Shown here: positions 1-9,878 of the stretch, in pieces
How the letters are laid out: each line of letters starts with the position of its first letter
How positions within the stretch are numbered: the stretch's first letter is position 1
Assembly: GCA_965219955.1 (NCBI GenBank)
Contig: OZ244799.1
Coordinates: 3,264,001 to 3,328,000 of the forward strand
Length of the DNA: 64,000 nucleotides
From: a bacterium
GTDB lineage: Bacteria > UBA8248
Reading direction: 5' to 3'
Program-made: the position numbers and the translations under genes
Notes under the pieces: generated by a model
The model's database searches: none
What the model saw: only the letters and a program-made list of their open reading frames with translations
Told to the model about the DNA's origin: nothing

Positions 1-529
1 TCTCCTCGATGGCGTTTTCACCGTCTTTCGGGTCGACGTTCACGGCACGGATGGCGTCTTCCAACACGACGACCTCAAACCCCTCACGCCTGGCGTCGAG
101 CGCCGTGGCCTTCACGCAATAATCCGTCGCCAGACCGCAAACGAAAAGGCGCCCTATCCCTGCTGCTCTCAGGTCACCGGCCAGCGTGGTGCCGTCGAAC
201 CCCGAATACGCCTCGGCATCGCGGGTCGTGGCTTTCGATACCACCATTTCCACTTTCCCGGCGTTCAGGCGCGGATGAAATGCGGCGCCCGCTGTCCCGG
301 CCACGCAGTGAACGGGCCATATCCCGCCCTGCGCCTCAAACGAGGCGTGATCGGCGGGGTGCCAGTCGCGCGTCGCCACCTTCATCCAGCCCGGGATATC
401 CAGAAGCCCGTTCACCGGCGCGACGATCTCGTCCCCCTCGGTGACGGCGAGCGCTCCGCCCGGGCAAAAATCCACTTGCAGATCGACGACGATGAGGCCG
501 TCCTTCGCACCCGGTGAGTATTCAGCCAT
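1..529 (-). CDS. pncA: nicotinamidase/pyrazinamidase (isochorismatase family), 3' end outside window
   Basis: Not in the ORF track. Manual translation gives [29 protein letters not shown]...[12 protein letters not shown]...WPVHCVAGT...SKAT...YSGF...[16 protein letters not shown], the PncA D/K/C catalytic and metal-binding motifs. Confidence 0.93.
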   Translation of the reverse strand, partial: MAEYSPGAKDGLIVVDLQVDFCPGGALAVTEGDEIVAPVNGLLDIPGWMKVATRDWHPADHASFEAQGGIWPVHCVAGTAGAAFHPRLNAGKVEMVVSKATTRDAEAYSGFDGTTLAGDLRAAGIGRLFVCGLATDYCVKATALDARREGFEVVVLEDAIRAVNVDPKDGENAIEE

Positions 530-533
530 CGCC

Positions 534-1328
534 CTATTTCTCCTCTCCCAGCTTCAGGCGCCATTTTTTCCCGCCCGGCCCCCGGCGTATGGAAACCTCT
601 ATCTCCTGTGGATTCTCCAGAAATGTCTTTTCAAAAAAATCCACCGTATCAACCTTCTTTCCCCCCGCTTCGAATATGACGTCTCCACGACGAATGCCCG
701 CGAGCGCCGCCGGAGCGCCTTCGCGAACCGAGGAAACCAACAGCCCGCTCGCCTCTCCCCCACCAAAGAAGCGCGCCAATGCCGGCGTGAGCCTCTGGAG
801 AACGAGCCCGAGCTTTTCGGGGTGCTTGTAATCGCGCCGCATATGGAAGCCGTGTTCCATCACGACAGGCTTCACGTATATCGGCGATTTCATCCGCAAC
901 GCCAGCGCGACGGCGTCCGATGGGCGGCTGTCGAGCGAAAAACGCCTGCCCCCATCCTCTAAATCGATCAGGGCGAAATACGTGCCGTCCTTGACCTCCG
1001 TGATAACCACCCGGAGAACTTCCGCCCGGAGGGTTTTCAGCAAATTGCGCATCAAGTCGTGCGTCATCGGCCGATGATCCACGGCTTTTTCAAGCTCCAT
1101 GAGAATCGCCCGCGCCTCCGCCGGGCCGATCCAGATGGGCAGCAGCTTTCCCCCCTTTTTCTCCTGCAGCAGCAAGACGGGCTGGTCGTTCCTCTGATCG
1201 ACAAGGATGTCCTTCACCTCGACCCTGCGAAGCGCGGAGAGGGCCGCCTCCGCGTTCACCGGGTGCGCATGAGCGATGAAAGCGACAAGAACAACAAGAA
1301 AACCGGAAGACGCCATTTTAAGCCGCAT
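534..1328 (-). CDS. bifunctional nuclease (DUF151) domain protein with N-terminal signal peptide and C-terminal PDZ domain
   Basis: [20 protein letters not shown] and [13 protein letters not shown] motifs (DUF151). C-terminal [29 protein letters not shown] (PDZ). Hydrophobic N-terminus ending in VNA-EA. Confidence 0.85.
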   Translation of the reverse strand: MRLKMASSGFLVVLVAFIAHAHPVNAEAALSALRRVEVKDILVDQRNDQPVLLLQEKKGGKLLPIWIGPAEARAILMELEKAVDHRPMTHDLMRNLLKTLRAEVLRVVITEVKDGTYFALIDLEDGGRRFSLDSRPSDAVALALRMKSPIYVKPVVMEHGFHMRRDYKHPEKLGLVLQRLTPALARFFGGGEASGLLVSSVREGAPAALAGIRRGDVIFEAGGKKVDTVDFFEKTFLENPQEIEVSIRRGPGGKKWRLKLGEEK

Positions 1329-1380
1329 GACTTCGATTCCTGATCATTTCGCCCGCGCTCATGAAACCAGCAGACTTTCC

Positions 1381-1824
1381 TCAGCGAGCAGATTCCGCCG
1401 AAACCCGGAACACGCATTCGGGAATCGCCATGTCCACACGCTTCTGACCCGGTTTTTCCTCCACCTTGGTCTCGTAGATTCCGTCGCAATCGACATCGAG
1501 CAGCGTGATGTCGTATGGATACTTGTTGTCCACGTCGATGTTGATCGCGAAAATCCTGTTGTTGATGGTGAGTGTTTCGAACTGGAATTCCCATTCATCC
1601 AGGTATTGCTTGATCAGGGTCTCCTCTCCGGGGATGCGCCTGCTGAGGTCGCGCCGGACCCATCCGAGAAAACGAGACCGGCTGAGTTCGGGCGTATCGA
1701 AACCCTCGGGCCTTTTCTCGACGGGTCCGTCCGAATCCGCCGAAGCCGCGAATACGGTTCCGGCTCCCAGGAGCGCCATCGCCAGGAAAACAAGAACACA
1801 GATTCGCCCAAAACGCACTATCAT
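1381..1824 (-). CDS. hypothetical exported protein
   Basis: Signal-peptide-like N-terminus MIVRFGRICVLVFLAMALLGAGTVFA, a DVDCDGIYE Dx[DN]xDG-like motif, and co-orientation with downstream genes. Start trimmed from the ORF track. Confidence 0.65.
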   Translation of the reverse strand: MIVRFGRICVLVFLAMALLGAGTVFAASADSDGPVEKRPEGFDTPELSRSRFLGWVRRDLSRRIPGEETLIKQYLDEWEFQFETLTINNRIFAINIDVDNKYPYDITLLDVDCDGIYETKVEEKPGQKRVDMAIPECVFRVSAESAR

Positions 1825-1974
1825 GGAAATCACCCTCGACATCCATATGAAACCCGGCGGCCGGCCAGACCCCGGAAGGCTGGTCACCCGTAAGAGTAGC
1901 ACCCGCCGCGCACCACCTTCAAGAGAAGTGTCCACGCCTCCGGGCGCCGGAAAACACGATCCGCCGGTTGCGCT

Positions 1975-2002
1975 TTGACATTTCCAGAAAGCGGATTATT
2001 CT
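1975..2002 (+). promoter_or_regulatory. putative sigma70 promoter of cupin-prpD operon
   Basis: TTGACA-16 nt-TATTCT about 95 nt upstream of the ATG at 2097. Confidence 0.45.
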
Positions 2003-2096
2003 TCGCATATCGGCGAATTCTCATCCCCACTGAAAAGGCGTGTTAAGCGCGTGCCTTGAAAACAACCATCACTGAAACTCCTTAGGAGAAACCTAC

Positions 2097-2450
2097 ATGA
2101 CGACGAGAGAAAGAAAAGCCCGGCTGATCCGGCCCGATGAGCGTGAATCTGAAGGCATGGCGGGCGGCGCGAGCCACAAGGCCATCGTATCGAAAGAGGG
2201 CGAGGGCACCGACCTCACCGTCTACTACTCGCTCATACAGCCGGGACAGACGCACGACTGGCATCACCACGAGGAGGACGAGGTCATATTCTGCGTGAGC
2301 GGCAGGGGCAGATACGACCTCGATGACGGCGAGATCAACTACGGCCCCGGACAATTCATCTTCATGCCCAAGGGCACGCGCCATTGCAACAACTGCGTGA
2401 GCGAAGAAGACGTGAGGCTGGTGGCCATCTTCCAGCCGGGCCGCGAATAA
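2097..2450 (+). CDS. cupin domain protein
   Basis: HxH...E motif (WHHHEEDEVIFCVSGRG) and PKGTRH second cupin motif. AGGAG SD upstream. Confidence 0.88.
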   Translation: MTTRERKARLIRPDERESEGMAGGASHKAIVSKEGEGTDLTVYYSLIQPGQTHDWHHHEEDEVIFCVSGRGRYDLDDGEINYGPGQFIFMPKGTRHCNNCVSEEDVRLVAIFQPGRE

Positions 2451-2502
2451 AGACGGCTGCTTCACGCCCTCGATAACAAAGAAGCCGCGCCTGGAGACGA
2501 AG

Positions 2503-3900
2503 ATGGACCCCATGCAGAAAATCATCGCGCACTACGCGAAACTCCGCTTCGACGATCTGCCCGAAGATGCCGTATGCGCCGCCAGAGGCCTCATCGTCGA
2601 TGCGCTCGCCTGCGCCCTGGCAGGCTCGGCGGCGCCCCTGAACCCCGAGATCATCGAACGCCACATCCGCTGGGGCGGCGCGCCCGAAGCCACGGTCCTG
2701 GTCTACGGGGGCCGTCTGCCCGCGCCGACGGCGGCATGGCTGAACGCCGCCATGATCCACTCGAACGATTTCGACGACACCGAAGACGTCACCCAGAACC
2801 ACATCTTCGTGACGATTCTTCCCGCCCTCCTCGCGGCGGGCGAGAGCTGCGGGCGAGCGATGCCGGGCCGTGAGGTCATCGCCGCCCTGGCGGGGGCCGC
2901 GGACGTGACTTTGCGGCTGAACGCCGTCGTGCACAAGAGCATACACCCGGGCTGGCTGCCCACCACGGTGTTCGGCGCCGTCTCGGCCTCCATGGCCGCC
3001 GCGCGGGCTTTGGGGCTCGATGAAGAGGGAATCGCCAACGCGGCGGGCTTCGGCTACGCGCAATCACACGGCAACCGCCAGGCGCTTCTCGACGGCACGG
3101 TCGCCAAACGGCTGCAACCCGCCTTCAGCGCGCGCGCGGGCGTGCACTCGGCCGTCCTGGCGCAAACCGGCGCCACCGGCCCGAGGCGCATCGTCGAGGG
3201 AGCGGACGGCATCATCGAACTCTTCGGCGGAGGCGAGGGCGACCCGGACGCGCTGACGAAAGAGCTGGGCGAAACCTTCCACGTCACCCGCGTCGGCATG
3301 AAGCCCTACCCGAGCTGCCGGGTATCCCATCCCCACATCAGCGCCGCTTTGGAGGCGCGCGAGCGGCTCGGTTCCTTCGGGGCGCAAGACGTCGAAAGCG
3401 TCGAGGTATGGGCGACGCCCATCGGCCATTCAATGATCGGACAGCCGTTCCGGATCAGGGAAAACCCCCAGGTGGACGCGCAGTTCAGCGCGCAGTGGAC
3501 GACGGCGTTCTCTCTCCTTAATGGCGTGCCGCGCATCGCGCACTTTGATCCGGCAACAATCGTCTCGGGCGCCGAGGTGATCGAACTCGCGCAGAAGACC
3601 AGGGTCCACATCTGGGAAGAGGGGAGCCTGCTGCTCGTGCCCGTGCGCATCCGCGTTAAGCTCAAGGACGGAAGAGAGGCCGACGTGACGCACGACAGAA
3701 TTAAAGGCTCTCCCGAATGGGCCATGAGCGAACAGGAGCGGAAGGAGAAATTCTTCTCCTGCGCCGAGGCCGCAGCGGTCAGGCTCGAAACCGAATCCGT
3801 GGAGCGCGCCTTCGAAGAACTCTCCGCACTCGAAGACTGCGCCGACATCCGGCCGGTTCTCACCCGGCTCGCCGCGTCTAAAATCCAGGCCCTCGCATAG
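2503..3900 (+). CDS. MmgE/PrpD family protein
   Basis: AAWLNAAMIHSNDFDDT, KPYPSCR, AQFS and KGSPE motifs. Confidence 0.92.
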   Translation: MDPMQKIIAHYAKLRFDDLPEDAVCAARGLIVDALACALAGSAAPLNPEIIERHIRWGGAPEATVLVYGGRLPAPTAAWLNAAMIHSNDFDDTEDVTQNHIFVTILPALLAAGESCGRAMPGREVIAALAGAADVTLRLNAVVHKSIHPGWLPTTVFGAVSASMAAARALGLDEEGIANAAGFGYAQSHGNRQALLDGTVAKRLQPAFSARAGVHSAVLAQTGATGPRRIVEGADGIIELFGGGEGDPDALTKELGETFHVTRVGMKPYPSCRVSHPHISAALEARERLGSFGAQDVESVEVWATPIGHSMIGQPFRIRENPQVDAQFSAQWTTAFSLLNGVPRIAHFDPATIVSGAEVIELAQKTRVHIWEEGSLLLVPVRIRVKLKDGREADVTHDRIKGSPEWAMSEQERKEKFFSCAEAAAVRLETESVERAFEELSALEDCADIRPVLTRLAASKIQALA

Positions 3901-3935
3901 AATTTCGACTCGGGCGGCTCTATAATCCCCTACCC

Positions 3936-5519
3936 ATGAGCCCAGAGAACGAACAAGCCATACATCCGGGGGCGAACATCGCCTGGGCGGCGAAGAGATA
4001 CGGGCCGCGCGAGGCGGTGGTGGACGGCGAACGCCGCCTGCGCTTCACCGACGTCTACGAGCGCAGCAAGCGGGTGGCGAACGCTCTCATCGCAGGCGGC
4101 CTCGAGCCGGACGACCGCGTCGCCAAACTCATGCGCAACCGCGCCGAGATCATCGAGATCAACTTCGGCGTGGCGATGGCGGGCGGCGCTTCGCTCAATC
4201 TCCACGGACGCAACGTCTTGAAAGAACACGTCCACATGCTGAACGACTCCGAATCCGCGTTCCTCATCCTGGACGAGGCCCACAAGGAATACGCAGAAGG
4301 GATCAATAACGAATGTCCTCATCTGCGCGGCATCATCGCCGTGGGGTGGGAGGGCGCAGGCGTTACGCCATACGAGGAGTGGCTGCAAAAAAGCTCAAGC
4401 CGAGAACCCGGCGTCGTCCTCGGGCCGGATTCCCTGTTCCATCTTCACTACACCTCGGGCACGACCGGAATCCCTAAGGCGGTCGTCAACACGCACCGAA
4501 CACACGTCGCGTGGCTGGCGAAGTTTTTCAGAAACCTCGACTACCGGATGGGCGCGCAAGATTCCATGCTCCACGCGGGCCCCATGACCCATGCGTCATT
4601 CAACTTCATCGAACCCACGTTCTTAAGAGGCGCGCGGAGCGTCATCATGTCCGGCTTCGAGCCGGAGTTGTTTCTCGAAATAGCGGAAAAAGAGAGGACC
4701 ACGACCACCTACCTCGTCTCCACGATGGTGCAGCGGCTCATCGAATGCGGAAAGCTCCCGAACGCCGACCTCTCGAGCCTGCACACGATCACCTACGGCG
4801 CCGCCCCCATATCGGAGGAGAACTTAAGGCACGCCATCGATCAGGTCGGCCCCATCTTCCGGCAAACCTACGGGCTGACCGAAGCGCGCCAGCCCATCGC
4901 GATTCTCGATCCCTGGGATCACATGGTCGATGGAACGCCTGAGCAGCGTGCGCGCCTCGCCTCGTGCGGGAGGGTCGCGGCGGGCGTGGAACTCGAACTC
5001 CTGGACGATGACGAACGCCCCGTCGAGGCGGGTGAGATGGGAGAGATATGCGTCCGCGGGGACTACGCCATGGCGAGCTACTGGAGAAACCCGGAGGCCA
5101 CGGCGGAGACCATGCGAAACGGCTGGGTGCACACCGGAGACCTCGCGGTGGCGGACGAGGAGGGGTATCTCTACATCGTCGACCGCAAGAAGGAGATGAT
5201 CATCACGGGTGGGTTCAACGTCTATCCCTCCGAAGTCGAGCGCGCCCTGTGCCGCCACCCCGCCGTTCTGGAAGCGCTGGTGATAGGCGTGCCCGACGAG
5301 CGGTGGGGAGAGGCGGTCAAGGCGATGGTGGTGCTGCGCCCGGGGGAATCGCCCGAGCCTTCGGACATCATCGACTTCACGCAGCAGGAAATCGCGGGCT
5401 ACAAGAAGCCGAAACAAGTCGAGTTTCTGGGCGAAATTCCAAAGAACGCGCAGGGGAAAGTCCTGAGGCGCGAGATTCGCGAAAAACACTGGGCCGGAAG
5501 AACGCGGCGGGTGAACTAG
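3936..5519 (+). CDS. acyl-CoA synthetase (AMP-forming, long-chain fatty acid-CoA ligase-like)
   Basis: YTSGTTGIPK, YGLTE, HTGDL, DRKKEMIITGG and PKNAQGKV motifs. Confidence 0.93.
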   Translation: MSPENEQAIHPGANIAWAAKRYGPREAVVDGERRLRFTDVYERSKRVANALIAGGLEPDDRVAKLMRNRAEIIEINFGVAMAGGASLNLHGRNVLKEHVHMLNDSESAFLILDEAHKEYAEGINNECPHLRGIIAVGWEGAGVTPYEEWLQKSSSREPGVVLGPDSLFHLHYTSGTTGIPKAVVNTHRTHVAWLAKFFRNLDYRMGAQDSMLHAGPMTHASFNFIEPTFLRGARSVIMSGFEPELFLEIAEKERTTTTYLVSTMVQRLIECGKLPNADLSSLHTITYGAAPISEENLRHAIDQVGPIFRQTYGLTEARQPIAILDPWDHMVDGTPEQRARLASCGRVAAGVELELLDDDERPVEAGEMGEICVRGDYAMASYWRNPEATAETMRNGWVHTGDLAVADEEGYLYIVDRKKEMIITGGFNVYPSEVERALCRHPAVLEALVIGVPDERWGEAVKAMVVLRPGESPEPSDIIDFTQQEIAGYKKPKQVEFLGEIPKNAQGKVLRREIREKHWAGRTRRVN

Positions 5520-5581
5520 AGGCCGGCCGCTTTCATCGTCGATTCAACGGAACGACCCTTATCAAAACAGGAGAGACGCCA

Positions 5582-6364
5582 ATGGACCTGACGCAAGAGT
5601 TCGGACTCAAGACCGTGAAATACCGCAAGGAAAACAAGATCGCCTACGTCACCCTGAACCGGCCCGACAAGCTGAACCCCCTGAGCTTCGCCACGGTGAC
5701 GGAACTCCTCCAGTGCTGGGAGGACGTGAACGACGACAAGGAGGTGTGGGTGGCGATACTCGCAGGCGAGGGGAAATCGTTTTGTTCAGGCTGGGATCAG
5801 AACCTCGAAGAAGATGAGCTCAAGATGGGCGCAGTCCGCCCCAAGGGGGTTCTCTACTGCGACCTCGACTGGATCAAGAAGCCCATCATCTGCGCGGCGC
5901 AGGGCTACGCCATCGGCGGGGGGATGAGCCTGTTCCTCGGCGCTGACGTCCGCGTCGTCTCCGAAGACGCCATGGTCGGATATTCACAGCCCAAGATCGG
6001 CATCATCAGCATCGGCGGGGCCATGCGCCTGCCCGCGGCGATTCCCGGCCTCGCCAGGTGGTACATGTTCTCGGGCGAACTCATCGACGCGGAAGAAGCC
6101 TACCGCCTGGGCCTCGTGGTGAAAATCGCCAAGAACGGGGAACTCCTCGACACCGCGACCGCCATGGCCGAGCAGATCATCGAGTGCTCGCCCATGACGG
6201 TGCAGCACACCAAGGAGGAGATCGCCGTGGCCGCCAACGTGTCGATGTATGAGGGCTATCGCCTGTGCCGGCCCATCATGAACCGCTTCTACAAGACCGA
6301 AGACTACCGCGAGGGCAAGAACGCGTTCATGGAGAAACGAAAGCCCGTCTGGAAGAACTGCTGA
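5582..6364 (+). CDS. enoyl-CoA hydratase/isomerase (crotonase) family protein
   Basis: TLNRPDKLN, FCSGWD, KPIICAAQGYAIGGG and EGKNAFMEKRKP motifs. ATG at 5582 follows an AGGAG SD. Confidence 0.9.
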   Translation: MDLTQEFGLKTVKYRKENKIAYVTLNRPDKLNPLSFATVTELLQCWEDVNDDKEVWVAILAGEGKSFCSGWDQNLEEDELKMGAVRPKGVLYCDLDWIKKPIICAAQGYAIGGGMSLFLGADVRVVSEDAMVGYSQPKIGIISIGGAMRLPAAIPGLARWYMFSGELIDAEEAYRLGLVVKIAKNGELLDTATAMAEQIIECSPMTVQHTKEEIAVAANVSMYEGYRLCRPIMNRFYKTEDYREGKNAFMEKRKPVWKNC

Positions 6365-6473
6365 GCAAGGGCCGACGATAAACCGGAAGATTCGCAAGTC
6401 CGCCTCCAGGAGTTGCGGGATAGACCGGTATGGAGGATAAGCCTTACCGGTCATCCAGAACCCGGGAGCGCGC

Positions 6474-7667
6474 ATGGTTTCTTCCAGGAAAGAAGGGGAG
6501 TTCGGCATCCGTGAGGGGTGGCTGATCATCCTCACGTGTTTCATCACCATATTCATCGCCTACACCACGGCCTTCATCCTGGGGCCCATGCTGGACGTCA
6601 TGGGCCGCGACATGGACCTCTCCCTGACGGCCATGGGGCAGCTCGCGGCCATCACCTTCATCCCCTGGGGGATAGGCGCACCCCTGCTGGCGCCCGTATC
6701 GGATCGCTACGGCCGAAAGCCGGTTCTCATCATCGGTGTAGTGGGTCTGTCCCTCTCCAACATCGCCACTTCGTTCGCGGACGGGTATCTCGCGGTGGCG
6801 GTCTGCCGCTTCATCGCGGGACTGAGCGGCGCACTCGTGCCGCCCACGGGGGTGGCGGTGATCGGCGACAACTTCACGGGCCGCGCGCGCGGACTCGCCA
6901 TCGGTTTCGCGACGGCGGGCGTGGCGATGGGCCTGCTCGTCGGTGTCCCGGGCATCGCGTTTCTGACGGATCACCTCGGCTGGCGCAACGCTCTCTGGAT
7001 GGCGGGTCTTTTCGGCATGGCGTTCTGCTTCTTCATGCTCCGCTCGCTTCCCTCCCGGAAGCTGAGCGACGCGCCTCCCTCCTTTCTGGCCAGCTTCGCG
7101 TGGATGCGCCAGGGCGCCACCTGGCTCCTGCTCAGCGGCAACGTCAGCGAGCGGCTCATGACTTCCACTTTTCTCACCTATGTATCCGTATTTCTGATGC
7201 GCACCTTCGACGTTTCCCTTTCCACCGCCGGGAGCCTGATCACGGCGATGTCCGTGGGCGCGCTCATCGGCGGACTCCTGGGCGGAGCGCTCGCCGGCGT
7301 GAGGCGGCGCTTCCTCATCATCACCGCCCTGGTTCTGCTCCAGGGAGAACTCCTGGCGTTTCATTTCTCGGGATTGGGATTTCTCACGCTTGCGATTGCG
7401 GCGGGCTTTCTCTTCTCGTTCTTCAGCCACCTGAGCCGTCCCGCCGTGATGGATGACCTGATATCGCTCGCCCCGCAGGCGCGCGGCGCCATCATCGGCT
7501 TCTATTCGACGAGCAACCAGGTGGGTCTCTTCCTGGGAGCCTCCCTGGGCGGATTCGCCATCCAGTGGGGCGGCTTCGAGGCGCTCGGCTGGCTCGTCCT
7601 GGGCGCGGCGATCCTCGGCGGGTGCTCCTACGCCGCGAGCGCATGGAAGTTTCGAAAAAAGGACTAA
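6474..7667 (+). CDS. MFS transporter (DHA1/AraJ-like)
   Basis: About 12 hydrophobic segments and the motif A SDRYGRKPV. Confidence 0.9.
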   Translation: MVSSRKEGEFGIREGWLIILTCFITIFIAYTTAFILGPMLDVMGRDMDLSLTAMGQLAAITFIPWGIGAPLLAPVSDRYGRKPVLIIGVVGLSLSNIATSFADGYLAVAVCRFIAGLSGALVPPTGVAVIGDNFTGRARGLAIGFATAGVAMGLLVGVPGIAFLTDHLGWRNALWMAGLFGMAFCFFMLRSLPSRKLSDAPPSFLASFAWMRQGATWLLLSGNVSERLMTSTFLTYVSVFLMRTFDVSLSTAGSLITAMSVGALIGGLLGGALAGVRRRFLIITALVLLQGELLAFHFSGLGFLTLAIAAGFLFSFFSHLSRPAVMDDLISLAPQARGAIIGFYSTSNQVGLFLGASLGGFAIQWGGFEALGWLVLGAAILGGCSYAASAWKFRKKD

Positions 7668-7707
7668 GCTCTCCTTCACGCGATTGACCGCAGCACAAGA
7701 AAATTAT

Positions 7708-7808
7708 TATACGTTATTGCGTATATATATTATTTATACTTTATAGAGTATAAAAATAAAATATACGATTAAACGTATATTGACATTTTATACGTTTCAA
7801 CGTATATT
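7708..7808 (+). promoter_or_regulatory. hipBA promoter with four palindromic HipB operators TATAC-N8-GTATA
   Basis: Operators at 7708-7725, 7735-7752, 7762-7779 and 7789-7806 (exact 27-bp period). TTGACA(7780)-17 nt-TATATT(7803) promoter lies among operators 3-4. Confidence 0.88.
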
Positions 7809-7829
7809 ATTCTCGAGGAGGAATAGGAG

Positions 7830-8084
7830 ATGAATGAGCTTGTTACCCGGTCGGAAAAACAATTGGGAGCAGCACTGCGCCGGGTCCGTAAACAGCGGGG
7901 TTTCACCCAGGCCGGACTCGGTGAAAAAATCCACATGCGCCAGGCCACCATCTCCAAGCTGGAGAGCGGTTCATCGGCAAGCCGGCTCCACACCCTGATG
8001 GCCTCCCTCGCCGCGCTGGACCTGGAACTGGTCGTGCGCCCGCGCAGCCGAAGCACAGGTGATGAGGTCGAGGTGCTGTTCTGA
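7830..8084 (+). CDS. hipB: HipB-like XRE HTH antitoxin
   Basis: QLGAALRRVRKQRGFTQAGLG...QATISKLESG HTH, directly upstream of hipA. Confidence 0.9.
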   Translation: MNELVTRSEKQLGAALRRVRKQRGFTQAGLGEKIHMRQATISKLESGSSASRLHTLMASLAALDLELVVRPRSRSTGDEVEVLF

Positions 8085-9400
8085 CAGCCAGACGACGCAC
8101 TCACATACCGCTGGCCGTCTATATGAACAGCCGCCTCGTCGGGCGGTTGCGCAAGGCGGCGAGCGGGGCTATCGACTTTCGCTACGATGAGAGTTGGCTC
8201 ACCTGGGAACACGGATTTCCGGTTTCTCTCTCCATGCCGCTGCGTGAAGACCTCTATGTCGGCGACCCGGTCGTTGCTGTCTTCGACAATCTGCTCCCGG
8301 ACAATCCCGACTTCCGAGACAAAATGGCGGCACGGACTCAAGCCGATGGGTCGGATACCTTCAGTCTGTTAAGCGCGGTCGGCCGAGACTGCGTCGGCGC
8401 CATGCAGTTTCTCCCGGAAGGAGAAGAGCCCGGCCCGGCAGGCTCCGTGCAGGGACGCGCCGTGAGCGAGAATGAAATCGCAGGGATTCTCGCCAATCTG
8501 ACAAACAACCCGCTCGGCATCGGTGCGCAGGAGGAATTCCGTATTTCGCTCGCCGGCGCACAGGAAAAGACCGCCCTCCTGTATTGCAAAGGTGAGTGGC
8601 ACCTCCCGCATGGCACGACGGCGACGACCCATATTCTCAAACCAGAAATAGGGTGGCGCAACGGTGTCGACCTCTCTCTTTCCGTCGAGAACGAGCATCT
8701 TTGCATGCGGCTTATCTCCATACTGGGCCTGCCTGTAGCCGGCACCCGTATGGAGAAATTCGGCGAGATAAAGGTGTTGGTCGTGGAGCGTTTCGACCGG
8801 CTTTGGGCGAAAGACGGGCGCCTCCTGCGCCTGCCGCAGGAAGACTGCTGCCAGGCGCTTTCTATACTGTCGGCTAGCAAATACGAGAGCGAAGGCGGGC
8901 CTGGGCTTCCCGATCTGCTCGAGTTGTTCATGAGCAGCGACGAACCGGCGCATGATCGCAAGTTGATCATGAAAGCGGTCGTTGCCTTCTGGCTTCTCTC
9001 CGCCACGGACGGACACGCCAAGAACTTCAGCCTGTTCCTTCACCCGCATGGCGGGTTTTCGCTGACGCCGCTCTATGACGTGATGTCGACTCAGCCGAAT
9101 CTCGACGAGCACCAACTCCGGCAACGCGACATGAAGATGGCCATGGCAGTCGGCAGGAACCGGCACTACCACATAAGTGAGATTATGCCGCGCCATTTTC
9201 TGCAAACGGCGGAATTCTGTGGCATGGGCGAAAGCATCGTCCGGGAGATATTCATGGAACTGTTGGAACATGGAGAGACGGCGATTTCGAGCGTGGAGAA
9301 CGATCTGCCGCCCGATTTCCCCGAACCGCTTTTTGAGAGCATTGCGGGAGGTTTCCACAGACGCCTTCTTCTGCTTGAATCCTGGACGGCTTCTCCATGA
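8081..9400 (+). CDS. hipA: HipA family Ser/Thr kinase toxin
   Basis: ISLAGAQEK, THILKP, ERFDR, QEDCCQAL, DGHAKNFS and LTPLYD motifs. The frame is open from CTG 8081, which overlaps the hipB stop. First ATG is at 8123, so the start is uncertain. Confidence 0.92.
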   Translation: MTARRRTHIPLAVYMNSRLVGRLRKAASGAIDFRYDESWLTWEHGFPVSLSMPLREDLYVGDPVVAVFDNLLPDNPDFRDKMAARTQADGSDTFSLLSAVGRDCVGAMQFLPEGEEPGPAGSVQGRAVSENEIAGILANLTNNPLGIGAQEEFRISLAGAQEKTALLYCKGEWHLPHGTTATTHILKPEIGWRNGVDLSLSVENEHLCMRLISILGLPVAGTRMEKFGEIKVLVVERFDRLWAKDGRLLRLPQEDCCQALSILSASKYESEGGPGLPDLLELFMSSDEPAHDRKLIMKAVVAFWLLSATDGHAKNFSLFLHPHGGFSLTPLYDVMSTQPNLDEHQLRQRDMKMAMAVGRNRHYHISEIMPRHFLQTAEFCGMGESIVREIFMELLEHGETAISSVENDLPPDFPEPLFESIAGGFHRRLLLLESWTASP

Positions 9401-9428
9401 CTCCAAGCCCCGAAGCACAGAAACCGAA

Positions 9429-9707
9429 GGGGCTGTTGAAAAAGCCCTCGTCAATGGAAAAACCCCGATTAACGAGGATTTGACTCGTCCAATGAAAGAG
9501 CAAGATTCACTCCCCCCTTGAGGGGGAGTCGATGAAGCCGAGCGGTTTGTGCGAAGGCTGAATCGGTGGGGGGTGAATCGCGTTTTATCGCCATTCCGAA
9601 TTATACCCCCCACCGAATCGCTTGCGGGCTTACGCCCTTAGCTCTTCGACTCCCCCTCAAGGGGGGAGTGATTTGGCCCGACTCGCAAGGATTTTTTCAA
9701 CAGCCCC
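9429..9707. mobile_element. MITE-like element with 15-bp TIRs GGGGCTGTTGAAAAA/TTTTTCAACAGCCCC enclosing a large palindrome
   Basis: Perfect TIR pair at 9429-9443 and 9693-9707. Internal perfect 25-bp inverted repeat at 9508-9532 and 9646-9670. No ORF. Confidence 0.7.
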
Positions 9708-9708
9708 C

Positions 9709-9832
9709 GTAGGGGCGGTTCGCGAACCGCCCCTACAAAAGCAAAATCTCGAACGTAACGAACCAGAGACATCGTAGGGACAGGCCCCTGTGCCTGTCCA
9801 AGAGAAGGACAACCACGGGGGGTTGTCCCTTC
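9709..9832. repeat. GTAG-tagged REP-like palindromes
   Basis: Perfect 28-bp palindrome GTAGGGGCGGTTCGCGAACCGCCCCTAC (9709-9736), followed by a GTAGGGACAGGC...GCCTGTCC / GGACAACC...GGTTGTCCCT doublet. Confidence 0.8.
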
Positions 9833-9878
9833 GGAGGGTCAATCCCAACCGAAGAAATGACGCCGAAACGCCGTTACC

